This document shows, piece after piece, positions 9,174-18,117 of a DNA stretch of 64,000 nucleotides. Position numbers and translations under genes: made by a program. This DNA comes from a virus, in IMG/VR virus record IMGVR_UViG_2551306393_000012; one strand, written 5' to 3'. The notes below the pieces were generated by a model, which did not search any database, was not told where the DNA came from, and was given only the letters and a program-made list of their open reading frames with translations. Position 1 is the first letter of the stretch, and each line of letters opens with the position of its first letter.

Positions 9174-9734
9174 TCAACATAACCATGAGAGAACTATATC
9201 GGATATTAGAGACACTGTACGATTTTCGAGTAATAGACTGATGCAGTTCAATGTCATCTCCGATAACGTCTGAGTAAACTGGTTCAGCGCTTGGTTTAGT
9301 ATTTCCAGAGCATCCAAGCCAGAGTTAACGGTTGCGTGAGCTGCCCCTTTTAATTGATCCATACGCTGAATGAGTGAAGTGTACGGTGTCGGGTCTATAA
9401 ATTCTCCGTGCTCCTTTATACCGAAGTGGAGATGAGGACCCGTGCTATGCCCCGTATTACCTGAATGACCTAAAATATCACCCACATGTGCCGACTGACC
9501 ATCGCTCACTGAAAAATCCTTCAGGTGTCCATAGATATATGTTCTTCCATCAGCCGCATCTATGAACACCGTTTTTCCTGTGGAAGAACTACCGTAGTCT
9601 GCTGTTCTGATTACTCCCTCGACTATGGCTTTCAGAGCAGTTCCTTCAGGCATCGCCAGATCGACACCTGTATGCGGATGGTCCCTAAATGCTTCTGTAG
9701 CCTGAAATCGTGAAGTGATTGTGTATTTGACCAC
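9174..9734 (-). CDS. M23-family metallopeptidase (peptidoglycan hydrolase)
   Basis: HTGVD (HxxxD), YIYGHL, STGPHLHF (HxH); GTG start with SD AGAGGTG. Confidence 0.93.
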   Translation of the reverse strand: MVKYTITSRFQATEAFRDHPHTGVDLAMPEGTALKAIVEGVIRTADYGSSSTGKTVFIDAADGRTYIYGHLKDFSVSDGQSAHVGDILGHSGNTGHSTGPHLHFGIKEHGEFIDPTPYTSLIQRMDQLKGAAHATVNSGLDALEILNQALNQFTQTLSEMTLNCISLLLENRTVSLISDIVLSWLC

Positions 9735-9862
9735 CTTTTCTCACCTCTTTCTTCCCTTATTTCCTTAATTCCTACACTCTAAAAACACACTATTTTCGGG
9801 CTTTTTACTGCAAATTTCCTTGTTTCCCTCGGAAATTAGGCTTTTTGGAAAAAAGCGGGAAA

Positions 9863-10171
9863 TTAGAATCTATCTAGCCTTTCCTCGATGTCTTCATCGG
9901 ACAACTCTTTCTTCTTCAAAACGATATTGGACAGCTCAGGAGGATTACTTTGTATGCCATTTTCCTGTGGTACAACTTGAGCAGGCGGTGCGGGAGCTGC
10001 GGTCGGGCAGGTTCTATACTTAATCCCATCTCTAATCAACTCCCGGATCACAAAGGAAAAGTCGTAGCGTTCATCCATAAGCGGCTCAATATACTCTAGA
10101 ATGTCCTTATCCTTCCTGTCACTAAGGTAAAGTGTTCGTCTGTTGTTTTTCTTACTTCGGTCTGTACTCAT
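9863..10171 (-). CDS. ParR-like ribbon-helix-helix DNA-binding adaptor
   Basis: Start ATG 10171 overlaps the parM end; RTLYLSDRKDKDILEYI...FSFVIRELIRDGI fits RHH strand-helix-helix; acidic flexible tail; position downstream of parM. Confidence 0.65.
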   Translation of the reverse strand: MSTDRSKKNNRRTLYLSDRKDKDILEYIEPLMDERYDFSFVIRELIRDGIKYRTCPTAAPAPPAQVVPQENGIQSNPPELSNIVLKKKELSDEDIEERLDRF

Positions 10172-11231
10172 GATTACCCACCTGAATCTTGATGTTATTT
10201 GCCTTCTTAGGGTTCTTTTTCGATTGTCGGATTCCATACTTGCGGAGACCCCTGACATTTGAATAACGGTCTAAGAAAACAGAAGGTACTCTGTTGAAGC
10301 GCTTTTCAATATACGGTCTCAGCAGCTCTTTCCCGGCTCCTCCGCCTGTGAAGATGACAGAAGTAACAAAACCCCAGGAGTTGACTAGCACCTTGTCTAG
10401 TACAGCTAGTATTGTGTTGGCATGATTCTCGTATGTGCTATTAATAAGCGGTGTGATATCCATGTTCTTGATTTCCTTTTGGCTAATGATCTGCGGTAGC
10501 TTACCGTCCGGGATGATCACGTCAAGCTCCTTCTCTAGATAGGAACCTACCTGACTGAATGCTGTGTACATCCCATCGTTCGTTTGTAGTGAAAGCTCTG
10601 TCTGTTCCTCTAAGGCGTCTACAGTGAGGATGTTTAGTGTCCGGGCACCTACATCTACAATGACGTTGAACCCTTTGGCTGTGTCCTTATCAATGATGTC
10701 TCCGTTACCATCCAGTATCACATCACACAGACTACCGAACGGCTGCTTCTTAATCTCCACGTTATTTACTGTGATCATTCTTTTAATGAAGTTTACTCCA
10801 TCGCTGCTTAAAGCTACGGTGTGAGTACCTTGAGCTACTTCTGTAAGCTGCTGCCGTCTCTCTGCTGTGTCGTATCTGATAGGAAGGTTCATCATGAGTG
10901 TGTCGATTACTTCATGTCTTCCCGAGCTCATTAGTCCAAGGGTAGTTTTTAATAAGACCGGGAACCTCTTGTCAGCATGTTTGTTTTCCCCTCCAGCCCA
11001 GATGATGTTTGGGTCCAGCTTCATTGCGTAGTCTCCGACTACATATCTTTCTCCGTCAATCTCACTGGCTACATACCGCAGCTTGCTGTCTTGCCCAAAG
11101 TCCTTTTTAGGCTTCTCCTTAAAACTTGTGACGAATGATGGGATAAGATTAGGAGAGCCTGTGCTGTCGAATTTTACATCCCCGTACCCATCGTCCAACG
11201 CTTTTACATTAAAACCCGCATACTTTGTCAT
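10152..11231 (-). CDS. ParM/StbA-family actin-like ATPase
   Basis: Phosphate-1 ALDDGYGDVK, connect-1 KQPFG, phosphate-2 IVDVGARTLN, adenosine FTGGG; start ATG 11231 with SD AAGGAGG. Confidence 0.92.
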   Translation of the reverse strand: MTKYAGFNVKALDDGYGDVKFDSTGSPNLIPSFVTSFKEKPKKDFGQDSKLRYVASEIDGERYVVGDYAMKLDPNIIWAGGENKHADKRFPVLLKTTLGLMSSGRHEVIDTLMMNLPIRYDTAERRQQLTEVAQGTHTVALSSDGVNFIKRMITVNNVEIKKQPFGSLCDVILDGNGDIIDKDTAKGFNVIVDVGARTLNILTVDALEEQTELSLQTNDGMYTAFSQVGSYLEKELDVIIPDGKLPQIISQKEIKNMDITPLINSTYENHANTILAVLDKVLVNSWGFVTSVIFTGGGAGKELLRPYIEKRFNRVPSVFLDRYSNVRGLRKYGIRQSKKNPKKANNIKIQVGNHEYRPK

Positions 11232-11285
11232 ACTTAACTCCTCCTTTGTCATTCCTTCGCATACTTTGTAATACCTTTGTGATTC
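11218..11285. repeat. Phased CTTTGT direct repeats over the parM start (parC-like)
   Basis: CTTTGT at 11223, 11244, 11264, 11275; GCATACTTTGT at 11218 and 11259. Confidence 0.6.
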
Positions 11286-11329
11286 TACTTTATGGGCATA
11301 TGCGGAATCCTATGTCTGTACATAATAAA

Positions 11330-11356
11330 AAAAACAAGGGTTATCCCCTTGTTTTT
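11330..11356. terminator. Bidirectional rho-independent terminator
   Basis: AAAAACAAGGG-TTATC-CCCTTGTTTTT. Confidence 0.75.
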
Positions 11357-11420
11357 AGTGGTATGAGCCTCTATATCTAGTCCTACGTTTAGGTCGCCTT
11401 CTTAATAGACAGACTTTCAA

Positions 11421-11840
11421 TTAGCGTTGAATCATCCGTCCATATACGGAATCCTGTCGAGTCCTCTTCCGTTTATTCTCGGCAGCTTCCGGAAACATGC
11501 GAAAAAACTCGGCTTCGTCTTCGATCGGCTTTCGGAAATAATAGACGAGGTTCTTCGCGCCGCCTCCGTTCTCTACCGTCTGTATAAGTTGCGCCTGGAC
11601 AAGCGTTTTGACCGCGTTACGATACGTTGAGTCGCTTATAGCCAGCGCCCTAGCCGCCTGTTCTTGCGTCGGAAAGGCGTAACCGTAGTCCGCGTTATAA
11701 AACTTCAGCAGAAACGCGTATACCAACACGGCGTTACCGTTCAGTTTCGGAAAGTATTGATAATGCGTAAGAATAACGTTAGGTATGCCCGTATAGCCCG
11801 CCGCAGTATCAAACGGTAGGGCCTTCGCTTTATCGCTCAT
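11421..11840 (-). CDS. Winged-HTH replication-initiator-like protein, probably C-terminally truncated
   Basis: YTGIPNVIL...AVLVYAFLL...YAFPTQEQAARALAISDSTYRNAVKTLVQAQLI is typical of HTH_36/replisome-organiser N-termini; sequence style changes near 11460. Confidence 0.7.
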   Translation of the reverse strand: MSDKAKALPFDTAAGYTGIPNVILTHYQYFPKLNGNAVLVYAFLLKFYNADYGYAFPTQEQAARALAISDSTYRNAVKTLVQAQLIQTVENGGGAKNLVYYFRKPIEDEAEFFRMFPEAAENKRKRTRQDSVYGRMIQR

Positions 11841-11871
11841 ATAATCGTCCTCTACTTAAATAATATTCGAC

Positions 11872-12050
11872 TTAAGCCGGCTTGCGGCGCTGCCACTCCG
11901 TCAATAAACGATCGAGTTCGGGCGTTCGCGCATATTGCAAAACTTCCGTAAAGTATTTTCGTTTAAGCCTACGCTGATATAGCGTTGGTCATGGTCGCGC
12001 AGGAATTCGTATAGATTCGCAGAATAGCAGTAATAAAAGCCGTTTTGCAT
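11872..12050 (-). pseudogene. Frameshifted small phage gene (DUF5659-like)
   Basis: SD GGAGGTG; MQNGFYYCYSANLYEFL...TLRKF, then one missing base near 11938; restoring it gives FWQYARTPELDRLLTEWQRRKPA*. Confidence 0.6.
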
Positions 12051-12117
12051 TCGGTCGCACCTCCGTAATTAGATAAATAAAAAGGCGCCTATGCGCCCGT
12101 ATGCGTAATTCCCGCAA

Positions 12118-12582
12118 CTACATGAAATTATATCTAGTTATCTTATTTTTTAAACTTTTATCGAATTTATTTGTAATATAGTCAAATAAATCCACTGTAT
12201 CTTCATCAAAATAACACCAATCCCGTTCATTTTTAGGATCTTCCCTATTCCAGTAATTTCTCGACCACTCATTTAACGATTCTTTTTCAGTTACTTTATA
12301 TTGGTTTTCTTTAGTAGGAACCAGTAAGTAGACATACTCATGATTTCCGCAAACAAAATAATTATCAACAAACAGAAGTAAGTCTGAGTACATTTGCTTT
12401 CGGTAATCTCTGTACCTCATGTCTGCGTAGTCGTCTTTTTCTAGTCCTGCATAATTATTTAGTTTTTTCAGTTCATTAGTATTAATCAATTGATTCTTTT
12501 CGAAAACCTCGGTCTGTGAGAACCCGACAATAGGACTGTTCTTAACCAATTTATCTACGTGTTTTCTATATCTACTCTTCAT
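12118..12582 (-). CDS. Hypothetical protein (154 aa)
   Basis: SD AAGGGGAG; AT-rich, phage-like codon usage. Confidence 0.7.
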   Translation of the reverse strand: MKSRYRKHVDKLVKNSPIVGFSQTEVFEKNQLINTNELKKLNNYAGLEKDDYADMRYRDYRKQMYSDLLLFVDNYFVCGNHEYVYLLVPTKENQYKVTEKESLNEWSRNYWNREDPKNERDWCYFDEDTVDLFDYITNKFDKSLKNKITRYNFM

Positions 12583-12615
12583 AGGATCTCCCCTTACTTT
12601 TTAGGTTTTAAACCG

Positions 12616-12780
12616 TCACCACGCAAGTGAGTTAGGATGCTCTACCCTTTCGCCTGTTGCGATATTGACCGTAAACCCTGCCCTCTGTTTTGTTTTTAAG
12701 ACTCTGCTATTGGTATACTTTAAATACCATTTTCTAAATAAATCATATTCTTCTATTGATACTTCTTTCATTACTGCCAT
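12616..12780 (-). CDS. Small hypothetical protein, 54 aa (MAVMKEVSIEEYDLFRKWY...)
   Basis: Below the track cutoff; SD AGGAG; fills the gap in a co-directional run. Confidence 0.6.
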   Translation of the reverse strand: MAVMKEVSIEEYDLFRKWYLKYTNSRVLKTKQRAGFTVNIATGERVEHPNSLAW

Positions 12781-12812
12781 TACTTCATCATCTCCTGTAT
12801 AAAATTGTTGTT

Positions 12813-13103
12813 TTATTCAGAACTCACAAGTTCACCATATGATTTTAAATCGCTCATTTTTTCTCTTGTTTTTATAAACAGTTGAATTTCACTTTCTGAT
12901 GCTTCACGCTTAATTGAATCTTTAACCCAGTCAGTTGTATACATATCACACACTTGACCGTCTTTGACATACAATGTCTCTGTACGTGCAAAATCATCCA
13001 GTGTGTGAGGTTTGTTTGGAATTACTTTAATTATATTTACTTCTGTACTTCCGTCTGAATCAGTGTATTCATGAGTATAATATTGCCCTACCTTAATCTC
13101 CAT
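12813..13103 (-). CDS. Hypothetical protein (96 aa)
   Basis: SD GGAG; co-directional early run. Confidence 0.7.
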   Translation of the reverse strand: MEIKVGQYYTHEYTDSDGSTEVNIIKVIPNKPHTLDDFARTETLYVKDGQVCDMYTTDWVKDSIKREASESEIQLFIKTREKMSDLKSYGELVSSE

Positions 13104-13122
13104 TGGTTTTTCTCCATTCTAT

Positions 13123-13323
13123 TTAATATATATAATATAATTGACCATTGTTATCGCTAATAGCAAATCTCTTTAACTCTGGATAATTAGACTTTGGAGT
13201 ACCCTTTTTTGTGTATTTTGATTTAAAAAATTCTGGATGGTTTGCAATTCCTTGTTGTGCTTCCTTTAATGATCCAAATACCCCAATGCGTTTAAAGTTG
13301 TAAGTTGCAAAATACTTTATCAA
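13123..13323 (-). CDS. Hypothetical protein (66 aa)
   Basis: Start coupled to the upstream stop; SD GGAGG. Confidence 0.65.
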   Translation of the reverse strand: MIKYFATYNFKRIGVFGSLKEAQQGIANHPEFFKSKYTKKGTPKSNYPELKRFAISDNNGQLYYIY

Positions 13324-13577
13324 GCCGTTACCTCCTTATAAGATCCAATTTCATATTGCGTCTTCCCGAAACTCACAAAAACCTTTCCTTCTTGCAATTT
13401 CATTATCTTAGGTACTGTAATCATTCCCAAACCATTTTTAATTGCAGTGTAATACAGTCGCTTGCCGCTGGTTTCTTTTAATTTCAATTCATTGTATTTA
13501 TAACCCTCATAAACCCCATTGTGCTCTAAGGTGTTCGTATGTATCATAACCATTATTTTAGTTTTCACGTTGTACAC
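13320..13577 (-). CDS. Hypothetical protein (85 aa)
   Basis: GTG start with SD GGAG. Confidence 0.65.
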   Translation of the reverse strand: MYNVKTKIMVMIHTNTLEHNGVYEGYKYNELKLKETSGKRLYYTAIKNGLGMITVPKIMKLQEGKVFVSFGKTQYEIGSYKEVTA

Positions 13578-13613
13578 TCCATTCTGTTTAAAATATGCAT
13601 TTTATTTAGATTC

Positions 13614-15410
13614 TTAGCAAACAAGTTCATGTTGCCTATACTCATCAAAAAACATATTACAGTGACCAATTTGACTAAGATACAGGCTCTCCTTAGGTCT
13701 TGTTACGCCGACATAAAATAATCTTGCTTCGTCTAAAAGATCGCTTTTTCTATGAGGAAACTTACCATCTTCAACCCCAATTAAAAACACATGTTTAAAT
13801 TCTAGACCCTTGCTTGCGTGAATACTCATTAATCGCACGGCATTTTCATTTTTCTTTTTACTTGGCTTGCTGCCGTATACAAAATTAATGAACTGCTCTA
13901 AGTTATTATTCTTAACAAATTTCTTCATGGTATTGAGAGATTCTTTTCTGTCAGTTATCTCATCTTCATCGAGGTATTTCTCTTCTATGTAATCATTCAT
14001 TCTGAAAGTTTTAACTACATTGTCGATCAATTCTTCCACGGCAATCCCTTTAAGCACTTGCATTTGGAGTTTATTAATCATACTTTGGAATTTCAAGACA
14101 TTATCGTTTTGAGTCGGACGATCAAATCTCAAATTTAACATGGCCTCATATAGGGACATATTTGTTTGTCCGGCAAATGACTCAACATCTTTTAAATTCT
14201 TATTGCTAAAATAACGAAATGGATCATTCCTTAGTGTGAAAATATCTCGAAAGGCTGCATCATCATGTGGATCACGAATTAATCTTAAATAAGCTACAAT
14301 CCCTTTTACCTCTTTTCTCTTGAAAAAGCTCCCATTATTAGTAATATCATATTCAATTTCACGCCTTTTTAATTCATTCTCAACATAGCTAGAATGAGAG
14401 TTTAATCTATAAAGGACACAAATTTCTGATGGTTTTTCACCGGCTTTAAGCAATGTTTCAATTTTATCAGCTGTATTCAGACCTTCTGCTTCTCTGTCCT
14501 GATACGTTAGTGTTTGAATTTCGCCATTGTTATGAATATTAGGGACGGAGTCTGCGTAATGTTCATAGTCACCATAGTATTCCTTGATAAAGCTGTTTGC
14601 GTTATCAACTATGTTTTTATTTGATCTATAATTTGTATCCAGGTTAATCACAGTGGCGTTTTCCCAATCCTTTTCAAACTCCATACAATACTCAGTATTG
14701 CCGCCTCTAAATGTGTAAATAGCTTGTCTATAATCGAATAAGCAGAATATGTTACCAGAGGCGCAAAGTTCTTTTAAAATGAGATTTTGTACTAAGTTAG
14801 AATCTTGATGCTCGTCTACAAGAATAAATTCATACGTATACTTATGTTTATTGTTTTTTAGCACCTTGTAACACTCCAATAAATAATCATCATAATCGTA
14901 CAGTCCGTTTTTGGATTTAAAAGCCTCATACTCCTTATAGAAGAGACGTAATTGCTCCTCGGTATATTTACTCTCTTTAATTAAAAACTCGTCTGTGTAG
15001 CCCCTTAAAAAGTTCTTTTGGTAGCTGATGAAACCCGTAATGTCTTTAATGTCTGGTTTCTCTTCAAGTGATTTAAAACAGTTTTCTCGCTGCCATTCTT
15101 TAATCGTATTTTTCTCGTTAATTTCAATTCCCTCTTTGAGAAGAATGTTGCGGCATACTGAATGAAATGTACCTACATTCACACTAGTTAATTTCTGCTT
15201 ATGTAATTTCTTCTTAAGCTCATTTGCAGTATTACGCGTAAAACTGATGGCTAAAATATCCTCTTGATCTTCACCGTAATCCCTCACCAATGTTTTAACA
15301 CGGTTAAGGAGAACGGTGCTTTTACCGCTCCCTGCCCCTGCAATGACTGCGCAAGCTCCTTTATAAAAATTAATCGCTTCTAATTGTTGTTTGTTAAATT
15401 TTACAGTCAT
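13614..15410 (-). CDS. UvrD/PcrA-like SF1 DNA helicase
   Basis: Q motif, AGAGSGKS, ISFTRNTA, VDEHQDSN, QAIYTFRG, NYRS, LMSIHASKGLEF, EARLFYVGVTR. Confidence 0.95.
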   Translation of the reverse strand: MTVKFNKQQLEAINFYKGACAVIAGAGSGKSTVLLNRVKTLVRDYGEDQEDILAISFTRNTANELKKKLHKQKLTSVNVGTFHSVCRNILLKEGIEINEKNTIKEWQRENCFKSLEEKPDIKDITGFISYQKNFLRGYTDEFLIKESKYTEEQLRLFYKEYEAFKSKNGLYDYDDYLLECYKVLKNNKHKYTYEFILVDEHQDSNLVQNLILKELCASGNIFCLFDYRQAIYTFRGGNTEYCMEFEKDWENATVINLDTNYRSNKNIVDNANSFIKEYYGDYEHYADSVPNIHNNGEIQTLTYQDREAEGLNTADKIETLLKAGEKPSEICVLYRLNSHSSYVENELKRREIEYDITNNGSFFKRKEVKGIVAYLRLIRDPHDDAAFRDIFTLRNDPFRYFSNKNLKDVESFAGQTNMSLYEAMLNLRFDRPTQNDNVLKFQSMINKLQMQVLKGIAVEELIDNVVKTFRMNDYIEEKYLDEDEITDRKESLNTMKKFVKNNNLEQFINFVYGSKPSKKKNENAVRLMSIHASKGLEFKHVFLIGVEDGKFPHRKSDLLDEARLFYVGVTRPKESLYLSQIGHCNMFFDEYRQHELVC

Positions 15411-15411
15411 T

Positions 15412-16014
15412 CTAAATAATTCCCCCTTTTGTTCCCTCTTCTGTTTTTTCTAAATATGTAAATAAAGCATTGACTTTCTCTTGTTGAAGTGAATTATTTT
15501 CATGCATAGCTATGTATTCGTTAATTTTCTTGTCAATATATTTTCTGCTCGGTGTCCATCTTTTAACAATTTTCAAAGCAGCTTCAAAGTCATTAATGTT
15601 AATGCTCGAAGTATTAGGTACATTTAGAGCTTCAGATACTTTTCCATAGCATTGCATCAACAACCCTCTATAAAATAAAAGGTGTTCTGGACTGCCAATT
15701 GGTTTTACATAATCAAACACTCTGCTTTTAGCAGCATTTTTAAACTCTAGAAATTTTCCTGATTTATCATGTTGGAAGGTAAAGAATGTTTCATCGTATT
15801 CTTTAAACTTGCCTTCCATCTTTAAAATTTCTTCTGCATTTTCACTTTCTTTTAAAGACAACTGCTCAACTTGTAGCTCCAGCTCTTTTTGTTTATCAGC
15901 CATTTTTATAAAATCTTCACTTAATCTATTCACTTTTAAACTTAATACCTTATCCATGAGCATATCAATTTCTCCGTTTGACATTTTGTTCAATTCCAGT
16001 TCATTAATCGCCAT
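15412..16014 (-). CDS. Coiled-coil protein with an ORF6C-like (antirepressor-associated) C-terminal domain
   Basis: Start ATG 16014 (SD GAGGTG); ...KVSEALNVPNTSSININDFEAALKIVKRWTP fits the ORF6C pattern. Confidence 0.6.
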   Translation of the reverse strand: MAINELELNKMSNGEIDMLMDKVLSLKVNRLSEDFIKMADKQKELELQVEQLSLKESENAEEILKMEGKFKEYDETFFTFQHDKSGKFLEFKNAAKSRVFDYVKPIGSPEHLLFYRGLLMQCYGKVSEALNVPNTSSININDFEAALKIVKRWTPSRKYIDKKINEYIAMHENNSLQQEKVNALFTYLEKTEEGTKGGII

Positions 16015-16015
16015 A

Positions 16016-16942
16016 TTAAACCACCTCAATAATATTATTTTTATTCGTAATTTTTCTCATTTCTTTGCACCAGGATTCCACATGCCCGATTACAGAATCA
16101 AGATTGTTCATTATAATTTGATTGTCACTCATATTCCTAATGGCCTTTGCATATTTTACAGGCGCTAAGCTATCTTTTAGTACTTTTTCAATCTGCCAAA
16201 CCATTTCAGAAAGCTCTGAAGTGGCCTCAACTTGTCTCCCTAGATCATCCTGTTCTCTTGTTACGGCCTTTAATTTGTTTGTTAGCTCCTCGTATTCTTT
16301 TACTTTCACATCACTCCTTTCAAGTTGTTGCTCTAAGATCATTTTTTGTTTTGATAAGTTTTCATATTTTTTATTTTTATACTCTAATTCTTTTTTTAAT
16401 GCGTCTATTTGTTTGTAGTCAGTGTTATCAATGACTTTTTCAACAACTGTCTTCTTCTCCTTTTCTCGTTTTAATTTAGTTTCCAACAAACAATTATCCT
16501 CTTCAGCTTTCCTCAATTTAGCTTCAAGTTCTTTGTATTCCTTTAATGTCTTGACTTCACCATTTAGGACTGCTTCCTTAGCTTGTTTCTTTGATTCGGT
16601 TGACTCTGCGGATGGTCGTGCAATTTCGTACGTTAAGGAGACGGGAAGATCTTCGAGAAGGTCGGCTTGTTCGTCGTCACAATTTGTGACGAGATCAAAC
16701 CTTCGTATCAATCGGTTCGCTTGTTCCCGATTCATACCAATATGATGGAGCCATTTTTCAAACTCCCCTTTATATTTATTATGGCTGGACAATCTATCTT
16801 GAGCTTCCTTTAACTCCCGACCTAGATCGGTGTATGCTTTACCTACAATCTCACGCATATTGAATTCTTTTTGCCTGAGGAACTCAGCTGTTGATTGATC
16901 GACTAAATCATATTTGAACTCTGTTGATAATTCGTTTGTCAT
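16016..16942 (-). CDS. DUF3102-like protein with coiled coil
   Basis: N-terminal LGRELKEAQ...GEFEKWL...REQANRLIR; long coiled coil. Confidence 0.6.
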   Translation of the reverse strand: MTNELSTEFKYDLVDQSTAEFLRQKEFNMREIVGKAYTDLGRELKEAQDRLSSHNKYKGEFEKWLHHIGMNREQANRLIRRFDLVTNCDDEQADLLEDLPVSLTYEIARPSAESTESKKQAKEAVLNGEVKTLKEYKELEAKLRKAEEDNCLLETKLKREKEKKTVVEKVIDNTDYKQIDALKKELEYKNKKYENLSKQKMILEQQLERSDVKVKEYEELTNKLKAVTREQDDLGRQVEATSELSEMVWQIEKVLKDSLAPVKYAKAIRNMSDNQIIMNNLDSVIGHVESWCKEMRKITNKNNIIEVV

Positions 16943-16947
16943 TGTTT

Positions 16948-17802
16948 TTACATCCTTTCCAAGTTGCCGTTCCGATCCATTTTTAACTTTATGTTTTTCA
17001 AAGGGTTGTCCTCTTTTTTCGCTTTTGTTGATTTGGAACCATCTTCATCATGATCAATCAACTCACTTGCTATAAGCTCTTGAAGCTTGTCTATTCTTTT
17101 CTTCTGGCTTTTAACTTTGTTGCTAAGTTTATTGATCTTGTCGTCTTTATCAGCTAATAGTTTGTTTGTTCCAGTCTTTTCATGTTTCAAAGACAAAATT
17201 TCGTTTTTAAGATCAAAGATTTCTTTTGTTGAGGTTTCTGTCATGTTTTGCACAGATTGCTGCATATTAAAAATCGGCGTTAACATGTTCTTCACTTCAT
17301 GTAGAATTTGCATATTGTTCGACTTCATCATTTCCTTAATCACATTTGTATTTGAAGGAGGCGCAACAACTTCTTTTCTTCCATGAAAAACTGCTGGAAC
17401 AATTTCTTGTTGATCACCTTCCTCCTGGTCTGTGAGTTCTTTTCTTACCTTAATGGCTGTATCTGAATTTTTAAGGATCATTGCCAATCTTAAAGCTGCT
17501 CTTTTAGGAACGATATATAGCTTAATGAATTTCCCAGGCATATTATATTTATGCTTAAATCCTTCAAGCTCTAATCCTTCTAGTTTCTTTAGTCCATCTT
17601 CAACCAAAACCTCATTATTTCTGTGAATGTATGTAGTCAATGTAGGTACTTTCATTCCGAAATACTCTGACAAGAATTTTATTGAGGTATGTTTTTTGTC
17701 ACCTAGCATCTTTAACTTTTTCACTTTGTCCAAGACGTCAATTCGATCCATGTACTGCTCTCTTTCACTTTCCCTGATTAAATATAGATTGGTATTCTTC
17801 AT
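16948..17802 (-). CDS. Phage antirepressor-like DNA-binding protein with coiled coil
   Basis: SIKFLSEYFGM...IVPKRAALRLAMILKNSDTAIKVR resembles phage antirepressor N-terminal domains; SD AGGAGGAG. Confidence 0.55.
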   Translation of the reverse strand: MKNTNLYLIRESEREQYMDRIDVLDKVKKLKMLGDKKHTSIKFLSEYFGMKVPTLTTYIHRNNEVLVEDGLKKLEGLELEGFKHKYNMPGKFIKLYIVPKRAALRLAMILKNSDTAIKVRKELTDQEEGDQQEIVPAVFHGRKEVVAPPSNTNVIKEMMKSNNMQILHEVKNMLTPIFNMQQSVQNMTETSTKEIFDLKNEILSLKHEKTGTNKLLADKDDKINKLSNKVKSQKKRIDKLQELIASELIDHDEDGSKSTKAKKEDNPLKNIKLKMDRNGNLERM

Positions 17803-17849
17803 GTTATGTATTCTCCTCCTAATTCATATTTTTTATATTTGTTAATTAC

Positions 17850-17878
17850 ATTATATACGGGTCACTTTAATAATTCAA
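17850..17878 (-). promoter_or_regulatory. SigA-type promoter of the 17802-13614 operon
   Basis: TTGAAT (17878-17873), 17 nt, TATAAT (17855-17850). Confidence 0.75.
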
Positions 17879-17938
17879 CAATTTATATACATATTTTTTA
17901 TTTTTATATGATTAAATATGATTGCTCATGAGGGGGTT

Positions 17939-18007
17939 TGGGGGTGGTGTGAGCAAAAATTGTTCAGGTGAGGAACGAACCGTTTTGAACAATTAGCAGC
18001 ACCCCCA
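17939..18007. repeat. GC-rich interrupted inverted repeat downstream of yonV
   Basis: TGGGGGTG/CACCCCCA and AATTGTTCA/TGAACAATT arms. Confidence 0.7.
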
Positions 18008-18117
18008 TTCTCTTATTTTATTATTTAATTTATTTTTGTCTCTCTTAAAGACTTAGACGGGAAAACCCTTGGTATTATTGAGTTTTTTTTAGAGTTTAAG
18101 AGGTTTATTCTCTTTAA

